NCBI GenBank assembly: GCA_964593745.1
Contig: CAZQHN010000002.1
Span: 66,283 to 130,282 of the forward strand
Origin: an uncultured Gammaproteobacteria bacterium
GTDB lineage: Bacteria > Patescibacteriota > Patescibacteriia > Patescibacteriales > Patescibacteriaceae
Direction of reading: 5' to 3'
DNA: 64,000 bases
Notes under the pieces: model-generated
The model's database searches: none
Seen by the model: the letters and a program-made list of their open reading frames with translations, nothing else
What the model was told of the DNA's origin: nothing
Program-made: the position numbers and the translations under genes
Shown here: positions 37,479 to 45,908 of the stretch, piece by piece
Layout of the letters: every line of letters starts with the position of its first letter
Position numbering within the stretch: position 1 is the stretch's first letter

Positions 37479-37742
37479 TTTTCTTGCCCCTCCTGTGGCA
37501 AGAATTTTTTTTAGTTTTTAAAATAATGCCCCGAAAGTTTATAAGCATGGGGCTGATAAACTTCCGTTCGCATTATTTTAAACTTTATAACAGGAGAATA
37601 TTATATTATGTATTTTACTTTACATATTTTTATAATTATTTTTTTATCATTAACAAACCAGCGGTTGCTGACGTTGCTGTTTTGGCACCAACGTAAAATC
37701 ACCGTCTAATTTATTAAGTTTATTCTATTGTAAATGTTCAGT

Positions 37743-37909
37743 TTTACTGTTCCGTAGTTCGCCGAAGGCGAACGCAGGACAGCTCTCTCCTCTTTTATTT
37801 ACCATTCCTGACTTACGTCAGGCAGGCCGTAGCCACGTAGAACGTGGCGTAGGTGGGTTTTACCATTCCGTAGCCACGTAGAACGTGGCGTAGGATGGCT
37901 CTCTCCTCT
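37743..37909 (-). repeat. Cluster of three hairpin repeats, one with a nested 20-bp insertion
   Basis: CCATCCTACGCCACGTTCTACGTGGCTACGGAATGGTAAA and two variants. Confidence 0.8.
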
Positions 37910-38216
37910 ATTATGAAAACCTCAATGGTCTTCTGTAGAGTTTTAATAAAGAGGTTTATGAAGGCAAGACGGGTTAAATCTTGTCTTCAACCGATCTCTT
38001 TACTAAGAACGGTTGGCAGGAATGTCGTTGGGGGAGTTTACTCGTCCTTTTTGGACAATTCACTACGCCCTACTGGTACATCGTCCGTAATATTGACCGG
38101 TCGTCTTTTCCGATCCTTATTACAGGCTTGTCTAGTAACTCTCTCCTCGAGATTTATCAGACTCAAATCCTGCGCGACGATTTGACAAATTTAAAGAACT
38201 ATTTTATTACACTGGC

Positions 38217-38245
38217 ATTATAACAGAATATTATAAAAGTGTCAA
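38217..38245 (-). promoter_or_regulatory. Consensus sigma70 promoter of the island operon
   Basis: TTGACA-17 bp-TATAAT with extended -10 TG; boxA-like AGTTCTTTAAAT just downstream. Confidence 0.85.
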
Positions 38246-38341
38246 TAATAATGCTAACAAAATTGACCACTGATTAACAATGACATTGACAGTATTGATT
38301 AATACGCTGATAATTATTGATTAATTTTGTCATTATTTAGG

Positions 38342-38369
38342 TTGACAAATTGTATAGCTATGCTATAAT
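38342..38369 (+). promoter_or_regulatory. Sigma70 promoter of the TrmB-like gene
   Basis: TTGACA-16 bp-TATAAT with extended -10 TG. Confidence 0.75.
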
Positions 38370-38414
38370 TAAAGCAGTGGATCCTAGCTTTCGCTAGGAT
38401 GACAATTGATAAAT

Positions 38415-39164
38415 ATGTATAAAGATATTCTAAATGAGCTTGGTTTAACTAAAACCCAAGCTGAAATAATGGCCTTTTTATTGGAAAACGGATCGGCTAA
38501 GGCTAGTTTTATAGCCCAAAAAACCACTGTTCCCAGAGGTGTGGCTTATAAAGGTCTTGATGAATTGGTTAATTTAGGCCTGGTTGAGAAAAAACAAGCC
38601 GGTAAAATTACGGTTTTTCAGGCCGAGCACCCTATTAAGTTAGAGAAAATCATTGAAAATAAGGAAAAAGAAGCTAATCAAGCTAGGCAAAGACTGACTG
38701 GTTTATTGCCGGAATTGGTTTCTATGTATAACTTAGCCAATCATCGCCCAGGCGTTTATTTTTATGAAGGTAATGAGGGGATTGAGCAGGTTTTAAATGA
38801 TAGTTTAGAAAGCAAAACCGAGATTTATACTTATGCTGATCTTGAGGCCGTGACAGCTGAATTAAAAGAGATTAATGCGCGCTATGCCAAAGAGCGGGAT
38901 AAACGGGGCATAAAAAAGAAAATTATTGTGGCTGACACTGAGTTTAATCATAATTTTTTTATGGATTATGATAAAACCATTACGGAAATAAGATATTTAA
39001 AAAAAGAATTTTATCAGTTTAAAACCGGTATGCAAATTTATGATGGAAAAATTTCTTACCAGGTTATGGACGGCAATAACAAGTTAGGCATTATTATTCA
39101 TGATCAGCATATTTACGAAATGCATAAGTTGTTATTTGAATTTATTTGGAAAAAATTAGAATAG
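38415..39164 (+). CDS. TrmB-family transcriptional regulator
   Basis: LNELGLTKTQAEI...VPRGVAYKGLDELVNLGLV wHTH; PGVYFYEGNEGI. Confidence 0.88.
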   Translation: MYKDILNELGLTKTQAEIMAFLLENGSAKASFIAQKTTVPRGVAYKGLDELVNLGLVEKKQAGKITVFQAEHPIKLEKIIENKEKEANQARQRLTGLLPELVSMYNLANHRPGVYFYEGNEGIEQVLNDSLESKTEIYTYADLEAVTAELKEINARYAKERDKRGIKKKIIVADTEFNHNFFMDYDKTITEIRYLKKEFYQFKTGMQIYDGKISYQVMDGNNKLGIIIHDQHIYEMHKLLFEFIWKKLE

Positions 39165-39291
39165 CTTATTAAAAAACCACCCGCTAAAGCGAGTGGTTTT
39201 GTTTAATGACGTAGTCCGTGAAGCGTTGTTCCCAAGTAATTCTAAACTAAATAATATTTAGCGTAGTAATACGCTTAATACTAATTATTTA

Positions 39292-39474
39292 TTCCACCTT
39301 TTTAGAAAAGGTGGAGCCAAAAGCGCGAGCTCGTAAAAAATTTAATAAATTTATCGCTCGTTCAAGGCGCCTCGCCCAACTCCTCCTCCTCGCTTACGCT
39401 CGGACTCGTCAGACAAGGGCTCGGCTTATGCCTTTCACTTGCTCAAATTTTAATTAAATTTTTTAAGGCTCGCC
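39292..39474. repeat. MITE-like long palindromic element
   Basis: TCCACCTTTTTAGAAAAGGTGGA hairpin then GCGAGC..TAAAAAATTTAAT / ATTAAATTTTTTA..GCTCGC arms around a GC-rich core. Confidence 0.6.
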
Positions 39475-39547
39475 ATAAAGAAATTTAATTTAAATCCCAA
39501 ACCATGTAATGGGCAAAAAAGAAACCGTCAGTTTATTGCTGGTAGTT

Positions 39548-41605
39548 TTAATTTTGTGCTTGATTTTTTTCAAATACCAAATAGCGTATATCATCGGCGC
39601 TTGATTTATCTTGCCAGTAGCGGGTCATAGTATATTTAGTCTCAGTTTTTTCCAGTTGATTAAGATTATCGTCGCATTTAGGTAATAGGGTAGTTAAAAC
39701 TTTTTGGTAACTAGAAAAGTCTTTGGTTAGGTTACATTTTACAACAATAACAGGACGATTTAGGGCTGTTGTTATTTTATTTGGCTCAATTGCAATTCCG
39801 ATTAAAGAATTTGGTTCCAGCTCAGCTTGATTAGTTTTTTCTTCCGGGCGGTAATGGTAAGTTTTATTTTTTTCATTGTCTAGTTTAATAGAAAATAGCG
39901 TTTCTCCGGTATTATGATAATCTTCAATCAGTCCATCAGCCACAAAGCCGACTTTTTCCACATAAGCGCAACCGGCCGGTATTTTAACTGAAGCTGAGGC
40001 TTCTAAAACACTATTCTCGCCTTCTTTAATTAAGGCTTTTTCCATCATGCGGTTACCAATATTTAAGCCCCTTAAATCTTGACTAACATTAAATGAACCA
40101 GCATAAGTGGTATCATGATTAGTCGGTTCAAATCTAACAAACCCAATTATTTTATGATTGTATTTTAATAGATACCACTTTTGTCCATCCATGTTTTCTA
40201 GTGATTTTTTCAGATCATCTATTACTACTTTTGCCATTTTAGAGTTACCGAAAGATTCCCAATTTGCTCTGGCTATGTCAATTATTTCTTGTTTTTTATT
40301 ATCTGTTAAATCATTATAATGCGGTTGTTTAATTGAGAGATTTAGCTTTTTAATATCTTCAAGATTAAGGTCAAAACCTTCTAGCTTGGCCGCTCTTAGT
40401 GTTGCTAATAAAATTTCTTCTTCATTAGAAATATTTTTTAAATAATCTATTAAAAAATCTACATCATCTTCATTTTTTTCTGGGTTATTTATTTTTAAAA
40501 TAATTTTATGAATTAATTTTTCAATTCTTTCTAAAAACTGGCTTTTTATTAGCTGAAAATTAATTTGGTCATCATCATTAAAAATATCATTTTTTAAAAA
40601 AGAAAAATTGTATTGATCAGCTAAATCATAGACTGAGTTTATTTTGGAAAAAATATCTAAAGCTTGATTAGGTGATAATTTTTGACTCAATTCAATAATT
40701 GAATTTGCTGTTGTTTCTTTTTTTTGACAGGCAGCAAATGTTTTTAAACCCTGTGCACCATATTTTTCAGAAAAAGTTGTGAGTTTTTTCTTGTTGTCGC
40801 TTGACTTTTCGCCATATTCTATAATTCTAGTTTGTTCTAGTGTTTTTAAAGAATCAAATCTAATAGATAGGTTTTTAAAATTTTGATAGTATTCATTATA
40901 TTTTTCTGAGAAATTTGTTACTGAATTTTCTTCTAAAATAGTCTGTTTTTTAAAATAATCTTCAATTTTTATTGGTTGTTTGTTAATTATATGGTTTGTT
41001 TTTAAAATATCTTGATCATAATCAATTTCAATTATTTTTGTAAGCTTATTGTCATTGGTAAATATGCCGATAGAGCCGTCATTGTTAATTTTTTTTGCAA
41101 TACAATTATTATAGTTATCATCTTGTAAAACAATTTCTTTTCCATAAAAATCAAAAAAATTTTTTCCCTCCTCATTTTGGTTGTTTACTGTAGTGTTGCC
41201 GTTTATTATTTTTTTATCTTTAAAAATAATATCAGTCATTAAAAAGTGTCTAAAAAAGAACTCTCTTTTTTTATCAAAATCTTTTTTTAGGTATGGGTTA
41301 TTTTTAGCAATAGTTGAAATATTTAGATAAGCATTAAGAGCATTGCGATGACCTTTGTTTTTTAAGCTGTTAATTTTTAATTCATTACCTATTTCAAAGT
41401 CAACATTTGGTAAAAGGGGCATTTTATCTTCAAAAAAATTTTCTACTGTTTCTTTGACTCTTAATTCTAGAGGTGAATTTTTTATTTTTTCTAATTTATT
41501 AAAATCTAAATTAGGATAAATTTCCTCATTTTCTCTAGGGGTTTCTTTTTCTGTGTCGCCTGTTGTTTTTTCTGAAATTTTTTCAAAATTATTAAATTCT
41601 CTCAT
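39548..41605 (-). CDS. Large protein with C-terminal GNAT acetyltransferase-like domain
   Basis: IIGFVRFE, YAGSFNVSQDLRGLNIG, AYVEKVGF; very AT-rich; ATG 41605 avoids overlap with der. Confidence 0.75.
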   Translation of the reverse strand: MREFNNFEKISEKTTGDTEKETPRENEEIYPNLDFNKLEKIKNSPLELRVKETVENFFEDKMPLLPNVDFEIGNELKINSLKNKGHRNALNAYLNISTIAKNNPYLKKDFDKKREFFFRHFLMTDIIFKDKKIINGNTTVNNQNEEGKNFFDFYGKEIVLQDDNYNNCIAKKINNDGSIGIFTNDNKLTKIIEIDYDQDILKTNHIINKQPIKIEDYFKKQTILEENSVTNFSEKYNEYYQNFKNLSIRFDSLKTLEQTRIIEYGEKSSDNKKKLTTFSEKYGAQGLKTFAACQKKETTANSIIELSQKLSPNQALDIFSKINSVYDLADQYNFSFLKNDIFNDDDQINFQLIKSQFLERIEKLIHKIILKINNPEKNEDDVDFLIDYLKNISNEEEILLATLRAAKLEGFDLNLEDIKKLNLSIKQPHYNDLTDNKKQEIIDIARANWESFGNSKMAKVVIDDLKKSLENMDGQKWYLLKYNHKIIGFVRFEPTNHDTTYAGSFNVSQDLRGLNIGNRMMEKALIKEGENSVLEASASVKIPAGCAYVEKVGFVADGLIEDYHNTGETLFSIKLDNEKNKTYHYRPEEKTNQAELEPNSLIGIAIEPNKITTALNRPVIVVKCNLTKDFSSYQKVLTTLLPKCDDNLNQLEKTETKYTMTRYWQDKSSADDIRYLVFEKNQAQN

Positions 41606-41627
41606 ATGACTGTGTTTAAAACAATAA

Positions 41628-43019
41628 TTATGAGTTATGTAGCCCATGCACGTCTCGTCCCTTTTTTACCCACATGGAAATCGGCGTTCCCAAAAAGCCA
41701 TATTTAGCCCTTAATTGATTTTCTAAAAATCTTAGATAAGTCTCAGCTAAGCTTTCGCGCGGTCCGATCTGTACCATAAATTGCGGTGGGTTTACACCGG
41801 TTTGTTTAAATTCATAAATTCTAGGGTATTTTGTGCCCTTACCTTTAGTGGGGCGATGTTTTAAAATAGCAGTTTTTAATAAACGGTTTAAACTAGCGTC
41901 AGGGATTTCCAAATATCTTTGCCTATTAACTTCAATAATTAGATCTAGTAATTGATTAATGCGCACTCGATTTTTAGCTGATAAAAATTGAATTGGTGCA
42001 TGAGTAGCAAAGGGTAATCTGCCTTGAATATAATTAGTATATTTTTTGGGATCACGCTCAAGAGCTAGGTCCCATTTGTTGGCGACTAAAATTAGACTTT
42101 TATGGCGGTCAAAGATTTCTTCAACTAATCTAGCATCTTGTTTAGTTAAGGGTTCAGCAATATCCATAACTAAAATAGTAAGATGTGATTTGTGTACTGA
42201 CGCCAAACTTTTGTCCATGCTAAATTTTTCTAAATTATCTACCTTATGGCCATGCTTAGTAATACCAGCGGTATCAACAAATTCTAAATCATGATTTTTA
42301 TAATTAAAGAATGCGGCCTGTGGTTCTCTAGTAGTATGCGGCACCGGACTAACTATGACGCGAGGATAGCCTAAAATAGCGTTGATTAAACTTGATTTAC
42401 CAACATTTGGTTTACCAATAATTGCCACTTTTATAATTTGTTGATCACTCTTAGCTTTTTTATCCGCCGTAGCTTCAGCGTAGGCGGGAATTTTTTTTAA
42501 AACTATTTCTAATAAATCACCTGTACCAGCGCCAGTTAAAGCAGAAATTGATATAACTTCACCCCAGCCTAAGCGATGAAATTCTCCGGCCGCTGGAGTT
42601 AGATTAAGCTTTTCTACTTTATTGGCGACCAAAATTACTTTTTTCTTATCGGCGATTATTCTTTTAAGAATTAAGGCCATGGTTATATCCTGTGGCAAAA
42701 GTCCATCGCGCGCATCAACTAAAAATAAAATTAAATCAGCCTTTTTTAAATAATCACGCGCTTGTTTTTGCACAAGCTCATCAATGGTTTCCGCTTTAAT
42801 TTTTTTTAATCTTAAAAAATCAAGATTCATAAAACCTCCAGTATCAACTAAATCAAAAATTCTACCTTGCCATTTAACGCTAGCTAGGTTTGAATCGCGC
42901 GTGGTACCAGGAAAATTTGAAACTAAGGCTTGATGCTTTTCAGTTAAGCAATTAAAAAGCGTGGACTTACCAACATTGGTACGACCGAAGATTACGACTA
43001 GAGGTTTACTGAGGGTCAT
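41628..43019 (-). CDS. der: Ribosome biogenesis GTPase Der
   Basis: Two G domains (GRTNVGKS/DTGG/NKVE; GKPNVGKS/DTAG/NKWD) plus KH-like C-terminus. Confidence 0.97.
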   Translation of the reverse strand: MTLSKPLVVIFGRTNVGKSTLFNCLTEKHQALVSNFPGTTRDSNLASVKWQGRIFDLVDTGGFMNLDFLRLKKIKAETIDELVQKQARDYLKKADLILFLVDARDGLLPQDITMALILKRIIADKKKVILVANKVEKLNLTPAAGEFHRLGWGEVISISALTGAGTGDLLEIVLKKIPAYAEATADKKAKSDQQIIKVAIIGKPNVGKSSLINAILGYPRVIVSPVPHTTREPQAAFFNYKNHDLEFVDTAGITKHGHKVDNLEKFSMDKSLASVHKSHLTILVMDIAEPLTKQDARLVEEIFDRHKSLILVANKWDLALERDPKKYTNYIQGRLPFATHAPIQFLSAKNRVRINQLLDLIIEVNRQRYLEIPDASLNRLLKTAILKHRPTKGKGTKYPRIYEFKQTGVNPPQFMVQIGPRESLAETYLRFLENQLRAKYGFLGTPISMWVKKGRDVHGLHNS

Positions 43020-43037
43020 AAATTTTAAATTGTCGAA

Positions 43038-44531
43038 CTAGTTAGTGTTTTCCGTGCCTGATGAATTAATATCAGCGTCAGTGCCTAAAACCAAAATAAA
43101 ATCTGGCTGTTCATGTTGCGCTGAAGCATTTTTATTCATTAAATCCGCTTTTAACCAATCAGGTATTGTAGGAGCAATGTTAGCCTGAGTAGCTTCTTTA
43201 AGAAACTCTAGGTCTTCGCGTTTAGCACCAAAAGTTAAATCATAAATAACTGAGCGTTCAAAATTATGGCGACTAGAATTACCAATCTCAATTACATTAA
43301 TGCCTAGTCTTTCTAGTTCTAGGGCTTTACGACTACCTAGGCCATTAACCCAGGTGCCGTTTAGAATTTCTATTTTTGGCTTGGAGCTAATTTTTTTGTT
43401 ATTTACATTGTTTGAGTTTTTAAGATTAGTTGGTTCTTCAAATAAACTACGAAATAAATATTGAATTTCTGAAAAATCACCACTACGTGGACTTAGAATA
43501 TAAGCTCCATTATCACCTCGTCCGTCAACCAATAAGCCGCTCGGGCTATTATCTAAAACTTTATTGATAATGTTGTCTGAATCTATATTTTTAACTAAGC
43601 TCCAAAGTTTTATAATTTCCCAAACCTTTAAATTGGTTATTATATTATCTTCTAGGGTGCTAATTATTTCCGAAATATTTTTGGGGTTAAGTAGAAAGTT
43701 AGCGGTGAGAACTTTGTTTTTTACAGCTTCCAAGACTTTTTGTTGTCGGCGGGCGCGAGCAAAATCAGAGCCTTCACCATTGACACCGTGGCGAGAACGA
43801 ACAAATTTTAAGGCTAAGGAGCCATCCATGTGTTGCCAACCTTGATCAACGTGCAGGTGCTCAAAGCGACTGTAATAATCAGGATTATCTTCTTGGCCTA
43901 AAATGGGGTAGCTGTAATCATCTAAAGTGTTTTCTACATAAACATCAACTCCACCAATTTGATCAATTATTTTTTCAAAGCCAGCAAAATCAACTCGGAC
44001 ATAATAATCAATAGGAGCTTCTAGTAAGTCACCGATTGCTTGGCTAGTAGCAAAACCGCCGCTACCTGGTTCATTGCTTTCCGCAAAGGCATTGATGTTA
44101 TTAATTTTTCTCCAACCCGAACCCTCAATTGGAACTGATAAATCACGGGGGATTGATAGCATGGCTACTTGATTAGTTGAAGGCTTAAGACTGGCAACAA
44201 TAATAGTATCGGTTAATTGAGCGCCATCATGGCCCTTGCCACCAATCCCTAAAAGTAAAAGATTAATTCTATCTTTATCTTCACCTTTTAACTCTCGATC
44301 AGCGCTCTCGGCTAAATGTTTAACTTGACTAATTAAAGGGATTTTATCTACCCAGGTTTCTGTATGAGTGGGGAAAAAGTAATTTTTAACATAAAAGAAA
44401 GCGTACATTAAACTCAAAATAACGATTAACCAAAATAAAAATTTAACAAAACGCCGACGACGTGGCGCCGGTTTTATAGAATTAGTTTGTAGAGCTTCTA
44501 AATCATGAAGCATTCTATCATTATCGTACAT
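43038..44531 (-). CDS. LCP-family protein with LytR C-terminal domain
   Basis: INLLLLG, LTDTII, SIPRDL, SDFARARRQQ, IEILNGT. Confidence 0.93.
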   Translation of the reverse strand: MYDNDRMLHDLEALQTNSIKPAPRRRRFVKFLFWLIVILSLMYAFFYVKNYFFPTHTETWVDKIPLISQVKHLAESADRELKGEDKDRINLLLLGIGGKGHDGAQLTDTIIVASLKPSTNQVAMLSIPRDLSVPIEGSGWRKINNINAFAESNEPGSGGFATSQAIGDLLEAPIDYYVRVDFAGFEKIIDQIGGVDVYVENTLDDYSYPILGQEDNPDYYSRFEHLHVDQGWQHMDGSLALKFVRSRHGVNGEGSDFARARRQQKVLEAVKNKVLTANFLLNPKNISEIISTLEDNIITNLKVWEIIKLWSLVKNIDSDNIINKVLDNSPSGLLVDGRGDNGAYILSPRSGDFSEIQYLFRSLFEEPTNLKNSNNVNNKKISSKPKIEILNGTWVNGLGSRKALELERLGINVIEIGNSSRHNFERSVIYDLTFGAKREDLEFLKEATQANIAPTIPDWLKADLMNKNASAQHEQPDFILVLGTDADINSSGTENTN

Positions 44532-44697
44532 AGTTTTGTGTTTGGTTGTTGCTTAGCTATTCTTTTATTATACCTTATTAAATTGACTTTATAAATAAAT
44601 CAGAAAATAGAGAAAAAATCAAGTTTTTTTAATTGACAATCAGGTAATTTTAGCGTATATTTAAAAGGTAAAGTTATTAACTTTTAGATATAATTAA

Positions 44698-45345
44698 ATG
44701 CAAATTTCTTGGTATGGCCAGTCAGCTTTTCGCTTGCAAGGTAGGGCCGCGACTGATGTTGTTTCGGTTGTCACTGATCCTTATAGAAGCGAATTTACTG
44801 GTTTAAAAATGCCGCGCCTAGAAGCTGATATTGTAACGATTAGTCATAATCATGAAGATCATAATAATTTAGAGGCTATTAAAGGTGAGCCTTTTGTTGT
44901 TCGTGGTCCTGGTGAATATGAAGTTAAAGGTATTTATATTGATGGGATTAGTGCCTATCATGATGCTGAGCAGGGAGCCAAGCGAGGTGAAAATATTATT
45001 TATCGTTTTGAAATTGAGGATATCTCCATTGCTCATTTGGGTGATTTGGGAGCTGAATTAGATGATAAACAATTAGAGAGACTAGAGGGAACAGATATTT
45101 TATTAGTACCAGTCGGCGGTGTTTATACCTTGGATGCTCAAAAAGCTATTTCGGTTATTAACCAAGTTGAGCCTCGCTTAGTTATCCCTATGCACTATAA
45201 ATTACCTGGTTTAAAATTTGCTCTAGACCCAGTTGATAATTTTTTAAAGGCGATTGCAATTAAGCCGCGCCAAGAAGAAAAGTTAAAAATTACTAAAAAA
45301 GATTTGCCCCAAGAAGATATGGAGGTAATCGTACTTAGTTTTTAA
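44698..45345 (+). CDS. MBL-fold metallo-hydrolase
   Basis: SHNHEDHN, HLGDLG, PVGG, IPMHY. Confidence 0.9.
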   Translation: MQISWYGQSAFRLQGRAATDVVSVVTDPYRSEFTGLKMPRLEADIVTISHNHEDHNNLEAIKGEPFVVRGPGEYEVKGIYIDGISAYHDAEQGAKRGENIIYRFEIEDISIAHLGDLGAELDDKQLERLEGTDILLVPVGGVYTLDAQKAISVINQVEPRLVIPMHYKLPGLKFALDPVDNFLKAIAIKPRQEEKLKITKKDLPQEDMEVIVLSF

Positions 45346-45348
45346 AAT

Positions 45349-45897
45349 ATGCCACGTCGTAAAGTTAGCGAAGTGGCTAGTAAGCTACCAGCTAAAAAGA
45401 AAAAAGTTTCGCGTACTAAGCAGTCTAAAAAATTTTCGCGTTTGACTTCTAGGTCAGATGAGATTTTATTGTCCACTGATTTGTCAGGTACGTCTATAAC
45501 CCATGGTCACCTACCTTATAAAACTTCTTTGGCTAATAAAACGATTAATAAGCACAAAGATCAAACGCAAAAACTAATCATAATGACTGGCGTTAGTTTG
45601 ATTATGGTAATAATTATTGTTGCTTGGGCTTGGAATTTAAAAAACACCATAGATCAAGAGGCTTTTTCTGTGGCAGCAGATGAGCCTCAAACTAGTGTTA
45701 ATTTTGAGCAATTAAAATCTGATTTAAAAAAGACTATTTCTGAAGTTAAGACGGATATAAGTGATTTAGAAAGTTTGTCTAAAGAGCAGATTACATCTAC
45801 GGCGGTGATTTCTGAAACCATAAAACCAGAAGCTGAAGATTTTAAACCAACTACTACAATTAGTAATTCGCAGTCGCCTAATACTTTGCCGAATTAA
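45349..45897 (+). CDS. Hypothetical single-pass membrane protein
   Basis: Basic N-terminus, one TM segment, acidic/Thr-rich tail. Confidence 0.75.
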   Translation: MPRRKVSEVASKLPAKKKKVSRTKQSKKFSRLTSRSDEILLSTDLSGTSITHGHLPYKTSLANKTINKHKDQTQKLIIMTGVSLIMVIIIVAWAWNLKNTIDQEAFSVAADEPQTSVNFEQLKSDLKKTISEVKTDISDLESLSKEQITSTAVISETIKPEAEDFKPTTTISNSQSPNTLPN

Positions 45898-45908
45898 TTT
45901 TTATTTTT

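Larger units (their letters stand above)
32852..41649. mobile_element. Composite genomic island inserted at the 3' end of der
   Basis: Direct repeat 32852-32873 / 41628-41649 (19/22 identical); degenerate third copy at 39203-39233. Confidence 0.75.

Noticed and set aside
37743..37909. CRISPR array
   Set aside because: Only 2-3 palindromic units, no regular unique spacers, no cas genes; the units match a dispersed repeat family
37484..38223. Plus-strand ORFs 37484..37696, 37895..38185 and 37981..38223
   Set aside because: No motifs or ribosome-binding sites, mutual overlap, and antisense to a strong promoter and structured leader
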